This document shows positions 9,638-17,733 of a DNA stretch of 51,822 bases, one piece after another. Source of the DNA: an uncultured Candidatus Saccharibacteria bacterium (lineage in GTDB: Bacteria; Patescibacteriota; Minisyncoccia; Phycocordibacterales; UBA12088); assembly GCA_964411375.1 (NCBI GenBank), contig CAYPKR010000001.1, positions 304,807-356,628 on the forward strand. The letters are read 5' to 3'. A model generated the notes under the pieces. The model saw only the letters and a program-made list of their open reading frames with translations, was not told the DNA's origin and did not search any database. A program made the position numbers and the translations under genes. Position 1 is the stretch's first letter; the number at the start of each line of letters is the position of its first letter.

Positions 9638-10251
9638 ATGAACTATAAATCAATTTTGCTAATTATTGGGTTTATCGGCGTTGGTGTTGCAGGATGGTAT
9701 TTTAATCAGCACGATAATTATTCATCAGTTGTTCCGGACTGGGAACGTGGAGATACGGGGGCAGCGCAGAGTGAAGAAAATTCACAGTCTGATTACAATG
9801 ATCCTTCCGATTATTCACCGCCGGTTACCTCTATATACAAAGAAAATTACTCGAATGCTGAATTCGGTCTTCAACTTATGGCTTCCCAAAGGTATCGTAG
9901 CGAAAGAAGTAAGCGAACGATATGGTACTACCACAGCTATCACCCTCAGCTTTTATCCGGAAGATAAACCTAGTCCTGTGAAAGGGGGATTTTACGGCAC
10001 TCTTTCCATCAATGGATTAGGAAAAGGGTATGAAGAACATGGTCACTGTTTCAACTCGTTCCCTTGTAGTGGGCGGTGAAAAAGCTGAATTGGAAGTATG
10101 GAGACTGGATGGAGTAAAAAACTCTGATAATGATACGGCGGTTATATTCCTAGATCATTTAGGATCTAATTACGTGCTAATGCTTCCGTATAATTCTAAA
10201 AATCAATCACTTTCTGATCAGCTTCTTGCCTCTATTACATTCACAAAATAA
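9638..10251 (+). pseudogene. membrane-anchored hypothetical gene split over three frames
   Basis: Three consecutive ORFs (9638.., 9666.., 10030..) read as one protein if single-nt shifts are allowed near 9889 and near 10026. The N-terminal part has a TM helix. Confidence 0.55.
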
Positions 10252-10313
10252 TCTTATTTGCCTGTATAAAATAAGTGATATACTAGGCAGGTTACTCTAA
10301 ATAAAAGCTCTTT

Positions 10314-10604
10314 ATGGATGCATCAATGAACACAATGCCAGTCACATCACAGGCACCTACGACGGAACACGAAGTAGAAATTTATTCGACCCCTTCGTGT
10401 CACTTCTGCGCTATGGCAAAAGCATTCCTCCAAGCGCATGAGATCGCCTATACCGAATACAATGTTGCGGCAGATCCAGAAAAACGCGGAGAAATGATCC
10501 AAAAGAGCGGACAGATGGGGGTTCCCGTCATCATCATCGACAACAATCTCATTGTTGGCTACAACAAGCCAAAAATAATGAATCTCCTTGGGGTTACGGA
10601 GTAA
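10314..10604 (+). CDS. glutaredoxin-like protein (NrdH/YruB type)
   Basis: CHFC active site in EIYSTPSCHFCAMAKAFL and a GVPVIIID thioredoxin-fold motif. Confidence 0.85.
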   Translation: MDASMNTMPVTSQAPTTEHEVEIYSTPSCHFCAMAKAFLQAHEIAYTEYNVAADPEKRGEMIQKSGQMGVPVIIIDNNLIVGYNKPKIMNLLGVTE

Positions 10605-10622
10605 AACTCTCAATCTCCAAAC

Positions 10623-10649
10623 AAAAAACTGCCCTAAGGCAGTTTTTTG
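10623..10649. terminator. bidirectional terminator between convergent genes
   Basis: ctgcc ctaa ggcag hairpin flanked by an A-run and a T-run. Confidence 0.6.
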
Positions 10650-10660
10650 TTTCTTAAGTG

Positions 10661-11794
10661 TTAATTGGTGAGCCTTCGGAGATCATTGAACCAGAAATAC
10701 AAGGAAAGAATCGCAACAATCAGAAACGTCAGAGGAAAATGACCGATCGATATCAGGATGATCGCCAGTCCGAAGACGAGCATTCTTCCGAGAATAGTCG
10801 GAATTTCTCGAAGTACGACAAACTGTGCGTCCGCGCCGCGTGCTCGGTTGAACATCACCGCTCCGTATGCCATGGCGAATATTCCAATTGCGAATCCGCG
10901 AAGTGCGGTTACTGCATAGAGCATGAGTGGTGTCGGCATATATATCGCAACAAAATATGAAATGACCCACGAAATCGTTGTCGCGATTGCGCCAAAGCGA
11001 ATGACTTTTTCTTTGTGCCACTCATCGATCAAATATCCGGTCAAATAGGTCACTGCGATCCCGATAATACTCGTGATGACGCCGAGAATACCAAGATCAA
11101 GTACCGTGAGTCCGGCAATAAAGATAAACAACGACCAAATTATTCCCGCATCTTGTCCTAAGTTATCGAGGATTTCCGGGATGATGAATTGTCGGTTTTT
11201 CTTGATGATATCGATAATCGCCTGTTTCCTAAATTCGAAGTTTGTCTTTTCGTGCGAGAGCGGGATGACTGGTATCAGAGAAATCAAAATAAAAAAGAGC
11301 GCGACTATAAATAATATCGGGTACCCTAAGTGGGTGATGATAAGCGCCGCGACGAGCGGGATTCCAAGTCCGACGATTGCTCCGATATTCGAAATTGCTG
11401 CAAGTGATGAGCCAATATTTGTGTGCGTAGTCTTGCGGATCGTGAGGATGTTGTACGGGATCCAGAAAAATGCTGATTCCATACCGCTTATCATTCCCAA
11501 AAGGTAAATATACTCAGGATGGCGAGGAAGTAGATACAATCCTCCGAAGAGGAGCGTCACCAATATTGCTCGAATGTACCAGCCTCTCACCAGACCAATC
11601 CTGTTTGAGACAAATACCGCAAAGAAGGCTCCGACCATCAAGGAAGCATGGTGAATGATGAGCCACAAAAGTACCGTGGTGAGCGAGAATCCGAGATGGA
11701 GAAGGTATATCGGAATAAAAATACCGACCAACCCGGTGCCAATACCCATAAGGGTATTCATAATGAGGATGCGGTGAAAGTCGGTAAGTTGCAT
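10661..11794 (-). CDS. MFS-type transporter
   Basis: 377 aa with about 11-12 TM helices and typical MFS loop spacing. Confidence 0.75.
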   Translation of the reverse strand: MQLTDFHRILIMNTLMGIGTGLVGIFIPIYLLHLGFSLTTVLLWLIIHHASLMVGAFFAVFVSNRIGLVRGWYIRAILVTLLFGGLYLLPRHPEYIYLLGMISGMESAFFWIPYNILTIRKTTHTNIGSSLAAISNIGAIVGLGIPLVAALIITHLGYPILFIVALFFILISLIPVIPLSHEKTNFEFRKQAIIDIIKKNRQFIIPEILDNLGQDAGIIWSLFIFIAGLTVLDLGILGVITSIIGIAVTYLTGYLIDEWHKEKVIRFGAIATTISWVISYFVAIYMPTPLMLYAVTALRGFAIGIFAMAYGAVMFNRARGADAQFVVLREIPTILGRMLVFGLAIILISIGHFPLTFLIVAILSLYFWFNDLRRLTN

Positions 11795-11843
11795 GCGAAG
11801 CGCTCGTATACTGATTTTTCTAGTGTAGCATCTTCTAATCGAG

Positions 11844-11915
11844 TGCCTCCAGCAGGAATCGAACCTACATCTCTCCCTTAGGACGGGATTGCTCTATCCA
11901 TTGAGCTACGGAGGC
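11844..11915 (-). tRNA. tRNA-Arg (anticodon CCT)
   Basis: GCCTCCG...TGGAGGC A. Anticodon loop GTCCTAA, T-loop TTCGATT. Confidence 0.88.
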
Positions 11916-11988
11916 AATTCCGATCATTCTACCGATCGGAACGTAATTGGCAAAATCAAACTCCTTCCATTTGCTATACTACTTTTTA

Positions 11989-12978
11989 ATGAAAGAAGGA
12001 GTCTCACGAAGAGAATTTTTAAAGGTCGCGGGCGGCGCGGCAGTATCAGCACTTGTATCCGAAGATAGTGATGCTTCCGAGCATCTATCTCGAATTGAAA
12101 AGGAAGATATTAGAAAAGAGCAAGCAGTCCGGGACTCACTCACAAAAATCCATGACTATTTTTTGGAGAATACCTTTATTGACGAAACACTTGATGATGG
12201 ATTTGCAGGAGAAACCACTTCTCTAGAGCTTAGAGTTGAAGCTGCAACCGAACTCCTCGAACAATACGAAGGAAAATTATCGGGGCTTGCCGAGATGATT
12301 ATTTTTCAAAAGGGAGAGACGAAATCCCCGACATACAACAGTGTGCTTGAAAACGACCTCCTTCAGATTCGAAATAAAGTGGCGGAAGTATTTGTGCTTC
12401 ATAACGAGCTTCGAGAAAGCCAAAATATAAAACCTCCGCTCGATCCATTCGCAGAAAGCAACCCAACCTTTCAAGTGCTCGGTCTCTTGGATGGTGATCC
12501 TATTCTAAATTTTCCCGAAGCGGAACGGCTCGGAGAAGAGCTTGATCCGCTTCTTCCTGAAGTCACGTCGATATTTACGAAAGTTCTTGAGGATATTGAA
12601 AATGAGGAAGGCGCATTCTTGGGGGATGCAATTGTAGAGCCGGGGTCGTTTCCATTTCGAAATCATTCGATTGAACAAGCTGAAGATTGTATCCGCACTG
12701 GAGAAGTCTTGGCAGAACGGATAAATTCATATATTAAGATCATAATTGGTTCAATCGATGGGTGGGCGCGGCATGGAATACAGCATATCGGTGAAGATCA
12801 GCAGGAAAATGCGAAGCGTTCTCTTGAAGCATTTATGGAATACAGCAAAAAAATCGCCCACGCCACTCATCTTCTTGCAGTTCCCCTCAAACTTCATCCC
12901 AATGTCGGATTACCACAAGAGCTGATAGAAGACGCAAAAAAGACAAAAGCCCTCCTATCTTTGGGACGATCAATTTAA
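11989..12978 (+). CDS. hypothetical acidic helical protein with Tat-type signal peptide
   Basis: MKEGVSRREFLKVAGGAAVSALV twin-arginine motif. The rest matches nothing I recognise. The track start at 11947 is TTG. Confidence 0.6.
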   Translation: MKEGVSRREFLKVAGGAAVSALVSEDSDASEHLSRIEKEDIRKEQAVRDSLTKIHDYFLENTFIDETLDDGFAGETTSLELRVEAATELLEQYEGKLSGLAEMIIFQKGETKSPTYNSVLENDLLQIRNKVAEVFVLHNELRESQNIKPPLDPFAESNPTFQVLGLLDGDPILNFPEAERLGEELDPLLPEVTSIFTKVLEDIENEEGAFLGDAIVEPGSFPFRNHSIEQAEDCIRTGEVLAERINSYIKIIIGSIDGWARHGIQHIGEDQQENAKRSLEAFMEYSKKIAHATHLLAVPLKLHPNVGLPQELIEDAKKTKALLSLGRSI

Positions 12979-13005
12979 TATCCGATTTGGTATACTATCT
13001 AACAC

Positions 13006-13326
13006 ATGCCGGACACTGAAGAAACACGTTTACTTCGAGAAACGCTTGCTGTTGAAAAAGAGAACAATCGTCTTCTTCGGAAGATGAATCGTGACGCGCT
13101 TATTGGACGGGTTTTGACTGTTGTCTTTTGGGCAATCACGCTTGGCGTGCCCGTGATCTTGTATTATTTCTTTGTAGCGCCGTATATCCAGTCATTCAAA
13201 GAGTCGTATCAGGGGGTGCAGAACAGTGCCAAGGAAATACAGTCAATCGAGGCAAAATTGCCGCCGTGGGCGCGGGAGATGTACGAAAAAATGTTTGGCA
13301 AGGCAGGTACTTCTACGAATCAATAA
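13006..13326 (+). CDS. hypothetical single-pass membrane protein
   Basis: 106-aa ORF with one TM helix (VLTVVFWAITLGVPVILYYFFV), followed by a strong terminator. Confidence 0.55.
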   Translation: MPDTEETRLLRETLAVEKENNRLLRKMNRDALIGRVLTVVFWAITLGVPVILYYFFVAPYIQSFKESYQGVQNSAKEIQSIEAKLPPWAREMYEKMFGKAGTSTNQ

Positions 13327-13344
13327 ATCTCGTGTGAGGCTTCA

Positions 13345-13390
13345 GGCACAAAATGAAAAATCCCCCTGAGGGGATTTTTCATTTTGTGCC
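13345..13390. terminator. 21-bp perfect hairpin, bidirectional terminator
   Basis: ggcacaaaatgaaaaatcccc / ggggatttttcattttgtgcc with loop ctga. Its last 4 nt overlap the 3' end of tRNA-Phe. Confidence 0.7.
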
Positions 13391-13460
13391 GAGGGGCGGA
13401 GTCGAACCGCCGACCCTTTGTTCTTCAGACAAATGCTCTAACCAACTGAGCTACCTCGGC
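13387..13460 (-). tRNA. tRNA-Phe (anticodon GAA)
   Basis: GCCGAGGTAGCTCAGTTGGTTAGAGC. Anticodon loop CTGAAGA, T-loop TTCGACT. Confidence 0.92.
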
Positions 13461-13553
13461 ATCGCTCCTTTTTATCATATTACCTGCATTCCCTCAATCA
13501 CGCTGACATAGCAATAACCCCGGTGAAAGCCGGAGTTATTTACTGCTTAAAAT

Positions 13554-14063
13554 CTAGTTCGCCCTCACCTTAAGCTTCGTCTGCTTTGCCTTATCAATCT
13601 TTGGAAGGCGAATCGTTAAGAGTCCGTACTTTTCGAGTGCTTCCGCATCTTCAACTTCGATTTCTTGCGGAAGGAGAATAGTTCGTGAGAATGATCCCCA
13701 ATAGAGTTCGCGGTAGAAGTAATTGTCGTCCGATACCTCGTGAATATCTTCGCGTTTGCCACGGATCGTCACCATGTCGCGAGTGATTGAAACATCCAAG
13801 TCTTCCGGCCGAACACCAGCAACAATTGCCTTGATGATGATTTCGTCAGAATTTTGGTATACGTCAACGGTAAGCTGACCCTCTGTTTCTTCCTCTTCTA
13901 TGTGTGAGTAGCGAGGATCGGGCTGTGGCGCACGCTCCGGTGCTCTCGAAGGCGCACGTTCTGGAGTGCGGGATACTACCGGCTGATCGTCAAACTCATC
14001 GTATTCATCCATATCCACCGATCCGGTGAGTCGTTCGAAGAATGATCGTTTTTCTCGCGCCAT
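13554..14063 (-). CDS. Hsp20/alpha-crystallin small heat-shock protein
   Basis: ACD core LTVDVYQN...VSITRDMVTIRGKRE...GSFSRTILLP...GLLTIRLPK. Confidence 0.9.
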   Translation of the reverse strand: MAREKRSFFERLTGSVDMDEYDEFDDQPVVSRTPERAPSRAPERAPQPDPRYSHIEEEETEGQLTVDVYQNSDEIIIKAIVAGVRPEDLDVSITRDMVTIRGKREDIHEVSDDNYFYRELYWGSFSRTILLPQEIEVEDAEALEKYGLLTIRLPKIDKAKQTKLKVRAN

Positions 14064-14072
14064 GTTACTTGA

Positions 14073-14762
14073 TTAGGGAGTAATTCGTTTTGCTTTTTCA
14101 AAAAATAAGAAAAGAAGGATGATACCAACCCACACGCCGTAGAAGACGCGGAAAATATCAGGTGTACCGTGCCCTGTATCTCCGATTATAAAAAAGTTAA
14201 AGAGTACATGCAATGCAATCGCGAGGATAGCACCTGTTAATAAGTAAATATGTTTTCTTGATGAACCTCGGTAAAACGCAAGCGCAATCGCGCTGCCGAC
14301 AACTGCCGAAGAAAGTACATGGAGAAGCGATGCGCCAAGAAAGCGGAGGTCGCTCGTCAAGACGGATCGAAGAATATCATTGTCGAGGATCGGTCCTAGG
14401 ATAAAGAGGGAATTTTCAAGCGCAGTGAAGCCGAGCGCTACCGAAATCATATAGATCATCGCGTCGATAGGTTCATCGAGAGACGCTCTCCACATGACGG
14501 TCAAATATGCTGCGATAACTTTAAGGATTTCTTCAGCTGCTGCCCATGCGATTATGAGTGGAGTACCGGCTAAGAAATTCATAGAGAAACGCTCTATAGG
14601 AATGACGCAGATTACTGCGATCATTCCGCCAATGAAGGAGAGTGCGATGAGTGAGCGCGGTTCTGGATGGGCGCTGTCTTCGCGGAGAAACAGCCAAAGC
14701 CATAGTAGCGCAGGAAGTGCGCCACCAAGTGCGGCATACGAAAGAGAACTAAACCAATGCAT
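14073..14762 (-). CDS. PrsW-family intramembrane metalloprotease
   Basis: Polytopic, with EEILK, FTALEN, HVLSSAVVG and HVLFNF motifs as in PrsW. Confidence 0.7.
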   Translation of the reverse strand: MHWFSSLSYAALGGALPALLWLWLFLREDSAHPEPRSLIALSFIGGMIAVICVIPIERFSMNFLAGTPLIIAWAAAEEILKVIAAYLTVMWRASLDEPIDAMIYMISVALGFTALENSLFILGPILDNDILRSVLTSDLRFLGASLLHVLSSAVVGSAIALAFYRGSSRKHIYLLTGAILAIALHVLFNFFIIGDTGHGTPDIFRVFYGVWVGIILLFLFFEKAKRITP

Positions 14763-14774
14763 TGATACGTTATG

Positions 14775-16892
14775 CTACTTTGGCCACTCGCTGACCATCA
14801 ACAATCCATCACCTGTTACTTCTTGCCAAATTTCTTCGGTTACAAACGGCATGAATGGATGAAGAAGCTTGAGGACTGTTTCAAGAATATGTCTCAAGAC
14901 AAACTGTCTCGATGTTCGTGCAGAGGAGTCGGAACCCGCAAGAATGGGCTTTGATGATTCAAGTATATCATCAGCGAGCGTATGCCATATATAGTGATAG
15001 ATTTTTTCAGCGGCAAGATAGAATCGGTAATTTTCCATATCGCTCGTACTGTCTGCCGCGAGTGTAGACAGGTCGTCAATCAATTTTTGATCATCTTCGG
15101 TGAGTGTTGGAGTGCTTGCTCGATCAAAATCTTCCGTGCTCGATAGGATAAAGCGGGTAATATTCCAAAGCTTGTTCGCAAAATTTTTATATCCCTTGAT
15201 CTTATCTTCGCGAAGCGACAAATCAGAGCCTGGCGTATTGCCGACAATGAGTCCCATGCGAAGCGCATCAGTACCATATTTATCAGTCAAATCGAGCGGA
15301 TTTACGACATTTCCTTTCGACTTCGACATCTTTTTGCCGTTCTGATCATTAACAAGTCCGTGGAGATATACGGTATGGAATGGTGCCTTCTTCGCTAGAT
15401 ACAATCCAAAAATAACCATTCGTGGCACCCATTTGAAAATGAGATCATGTCCCGTTTCCATGACATCAGTAGGGTAGTATTTTTGGTAATTATCTCCTTC
15501 CGGATACCCGAGTGTGAGAAGTGGCCACTGGCCTGAGGAAAACCAGGTGTCAAATGTATCAGGATCTTGCTCCCAACCCTCGCCATTTGGTTTTTCTTTG
15601 GACGCGCGGATTTCTTCAGTCGCAAGACCTCGATTCTTAAACCATGCTGGAATCTGAATACCCCACACGATTTGGCGAGAAATGTTCCAATCGATCGTAT
15701 TTTGCATCCAGTAGCGGAAAATCTTTTCGTAATTGTCAGGAACGAATTTGATTTCGCCTCGGTCAACCGACTCAAGCGCCAATTTTCCAAGCGGTTCCAT
15801 CTTCACGAACCACTGATCTTTGACCTGCGGTTCGATCATCGTGTTGCACTTATAACAGCGCTTCACAACATGGTTGTACTTTTCATCGACTGACAGAAGC
15901 AGTCCTTTGGCTTTGAGTTTCTCGACGATTTTTTCGCGAGCATCCTTAATATTCATCCCTGCAAATTCGCCTGCGATCGGAAGCAGCTTTCCGCGCCAGT
16001 CGATGATCTGCTCCATATCGAGATTGTGGCGGGTGGCGATTTCAAAGTCGATCTGTGAGTGCCACGGCGTAATCGTCATCGCGCCTGTCCCGAATTCCAT
16101 ATCGACTGCGCTGTCCTTGATGACGGTTGCGGTAATGGGGCCATTGATCCATTCAAGCTCTATTTTTTGTCCATGCATAAAATCTTTGTAGCGCACATCA
16201 TTTGGATGTACGACCACATATTTATCGCCGAATTTTGTTTCAGGACGGACGGTACCGATTGAAAACGGTCCATATTTGAAATGATAGAAGGGTGCCGTTT
16301 CTTCGACACTCTCGGTCTCCACTTCTGAAAGGGAAGTCTGATGTTTCGGACACCAGTTGATAGTACGCGATCCTCGATACACGAGACCATCTTCGTGCAT
16401 CTGTATAAATGTGTCTTGAACTTTAGAAACGATTTCAGGATCGAGTGTAAATTTCTCACGCGACCAATCGCAGGAAGCGCCAAGTTTCCGCACTTGATCT
16501 TCCATATTTTTCTTATTCTCCAAAGTGAACGTGTAGATTTCGTCGTACAGTGCTTTCGGTTCCATTCCAAAACGAGAACGACCCTCCTTCTCGAGCTTCT
16601 TCTCGTATACGACCTGTGTTTCAAATCCGGCATGATCCGCCCCAGGAAGCCAGAGTGCACGGTAGCCCTGCATGCGCTTGAAGCGCGTCATGATGTCTTC
16701 GAGCGTGATGAAGAGCGCGTGGCCGGCATGTAAATTGCCGTTCGCATTCGGCGGCGGCATGATTATTGTGAATGGCTTTCCGTTTCCACTCGGAAGATTG
16801 TCTGGATTGAAATAACCAGATTCTTCCCAGAGTTTGTATATCCGATCTTCGGTTTCGGCTGGGCTATACGGCTTGAGGAATTTATCGTCCAT
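14775..16892 (-). CDS. valS: valine--tRNA ligase (short form)
   Basis: PPPNANGNLHAGHA (HIGH region) and KMSKSKGN, with class Ia ValRS layout. Only 705 aa. Confidence 0.9.
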   Translation of the reverse strand: MDDKFLKPYSPAETEDRIYKLWEESGYFNPDNLPSGNGKPFTIIMPPPNANGNLHAGHALFITLEDIMTRFKRMQGYRALWLPGADHAGFETQVVYEKKLEKEGRSRFGMEPKALYDEIYTFTLENKKNMEDQVRKLGASCDWSREKFTLDPEIVSKVQDTFIQMHEDGLVYRGSRTINWCPKHQTSLSEVETESVEETAPFYHFKYGPFSIGTVRPETKFGDKYVVVHPNDVRYKDFMHGQKIELEWINGPITATVIKDSAVDMEFGTGAMTITPWHSQIDFEIATRHNLDMEQIIDWRGKLLPIAGEFAGMNIKDAREKIVEKLKAKGLLLSVDEKYNHVVKRCYKCNTMIEPQVKDQWFVKMEPLGKLALESVDRGEIKFVPDNYEKIFRYWMQNTIDWNISRQIVWGIQIPAWFKNRGLATEEIRASKEKPNGEGWEQDPDTFDTWFSSGQWPLLTLGYPEGDNYQKYYPTDVMETGHDLIFKWVPRMVIFGLYLAKKAPFHTVYLHGLVNDQNGKKMSKSKGNVVNPLDLTDKYGTDALRMGLIVGNTPGSDLSLREDKIKGYKNFANKLWNITRFILSSTEDFDRASTPTLTEDDQKLIDDLSTLAADSTSDMENYRFYLAAEKIYHYIWHTLADDILESSKPILAGSDSSARTSRQFVLRHILETVLKLLHPFMPFVTEEIWQEVTGDGLLMVSEWPK

Positions 16893-16996
16893 ATACTATA
16901 TGTAGGTGATGCAATCCTAGCAAAAATAGCAAGATTCTTGAAGTTCATTGACACTACATGGAGGAAGCATATTGTAATTAGTGAAAGGAGAGTGTC

Positions 16997-17128
16997 ATGC
17001 CCAATAAGTACATGACTCCTAAGTACAACCCGAGGCCGGAGTGGCCAGCAATTCCATGGTGGCTTGCACTCGGATTCTCAATTATGATCCTCGGCGTTCT
17101 TGTTCTCGCGTTCAAATTGGGAATGTAA
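16997..17128 (+). CDS. 43-aa membrane peptide
   Basis: Below the track cutoff. AAGGAG SD 7 nt before the ATG. Reads MPNKYMTPKYNPRPEWPAIPWWLALGFSIMILGVLVLAFKLGM. A hairpin (ggcgtccg...cggacgcc) follows. Confidence 0.5.
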   Translation: MPNKYMTPKYNPRPEWPAIPWWLALGFSIMILGVLVLAFKLGM

Positions 17129-17194
17129 GTTGAATCCAGCAAACTCAATAATCCAACGGCGTCCGAGCCCTCCGGACGCCGCTTCTTGTATTGA

Positions 17195-17223
17195 TTGACA
17201 ATCGCCGTCAATTTCTCTATGGT
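17195..17223 (+). promoter_or_regulatory. candidate sigma70-type promoter
   Basis: TTGACA (17195-17200), 17-nt spacer, TATGGT (17218-17223). Confidence 0.35.
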
Positions 17224-17229
17224 TCGAGG

Positions 17230-17362
17230 AGCAGAGAGGCGGTGCCTGTTTGGTATCGCTTCTTCTTATTTCTCTCTGGTGTATAAAAACCCGTGCAGGG
17301 ACGCTCAATTCTAGTCCGCGAGGACTGTTTCCCCAATTGAGCGTCCGTGTGCGGGTTTTTTG
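17230..17362 (+). ncRNA. candidate small RNA ending in a long terminator stem
   Basis: A promoter-like element lies upstream. There is no ORF over 14 codons. A ~21-bp stem (17290-17310 with 17335-17355, one mismatch) carries an inner hairpin and a T-run. Confidence 0.3.
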
Positions 17363-17577
17363 CAAGCGGAACACGATATAGGTGGATATGTCTAGATTGA
17401 CTGCGTCTACTTAGTAGTTATGATGCAAATCATACCACACTAGATGTATCTCGGGGGAAACGGATACACCATCAGTGATTAGTAAACGATGATGGAACGT
17501 TTCTTCACAGCGAGCACAGAACTTGTGCAGCGCCTAGGGCGACTGTATTTTTTCCGTGTTCATATATATATGTAAAA

Positions 17578-17614
17578 CACATGCCCCATGTCGCTTTGCG
17601 ACATGGGGCATGTG
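17578..17614. repeat. 17-bp perfect palindrome with 3-nt loop
   Basis: cacatgccccatgtcgc ttt gcgacatggggcatgtg. It lies 120 nt upstream of the 17734 start codon. Confidence 0.85.
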
Positions 17615-17733
17615 CTGTACAGAAATGTAGGGCATATTTGGTCGATACCAGATTTTTTGTTCCGTTTACCCTTAAGGGACGGAGGAAAGAATCTGCACAA
17701 AAAAATTATTCAAACAGAAATTACATAAACACA

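Noticed and set aside
9177-10251. Integrated mobile element at tRNA-Gly (and likewise at tRNA-Val, tRNA-Ser and tRNA-Glu)
   Set aside because: No integrase, recombinase or transposase ORF lies near any of the tRNAs, and no direct repeat of a tRNA 3' end flanks them.
16893-16996. T-box or leaderless arrangement for valS
   Set aside because: The best -10-like hexamer (TATAGT) ends only 2 nt before the ATG, which fits neither a leaderless start nor a leader. No specifier or T-box sequence (AGAGA...GGTGGTACCGCG-like) is visible in the ~100-nt upstream region.
17581-17733. N-terminal extension of the first surface protein (track start 17581)
   Set aside because: The extension would be translated through the 17-bp palindrome and has no signal peptide. 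The ATG at 17734 gives a canonical signal peptide immediately.
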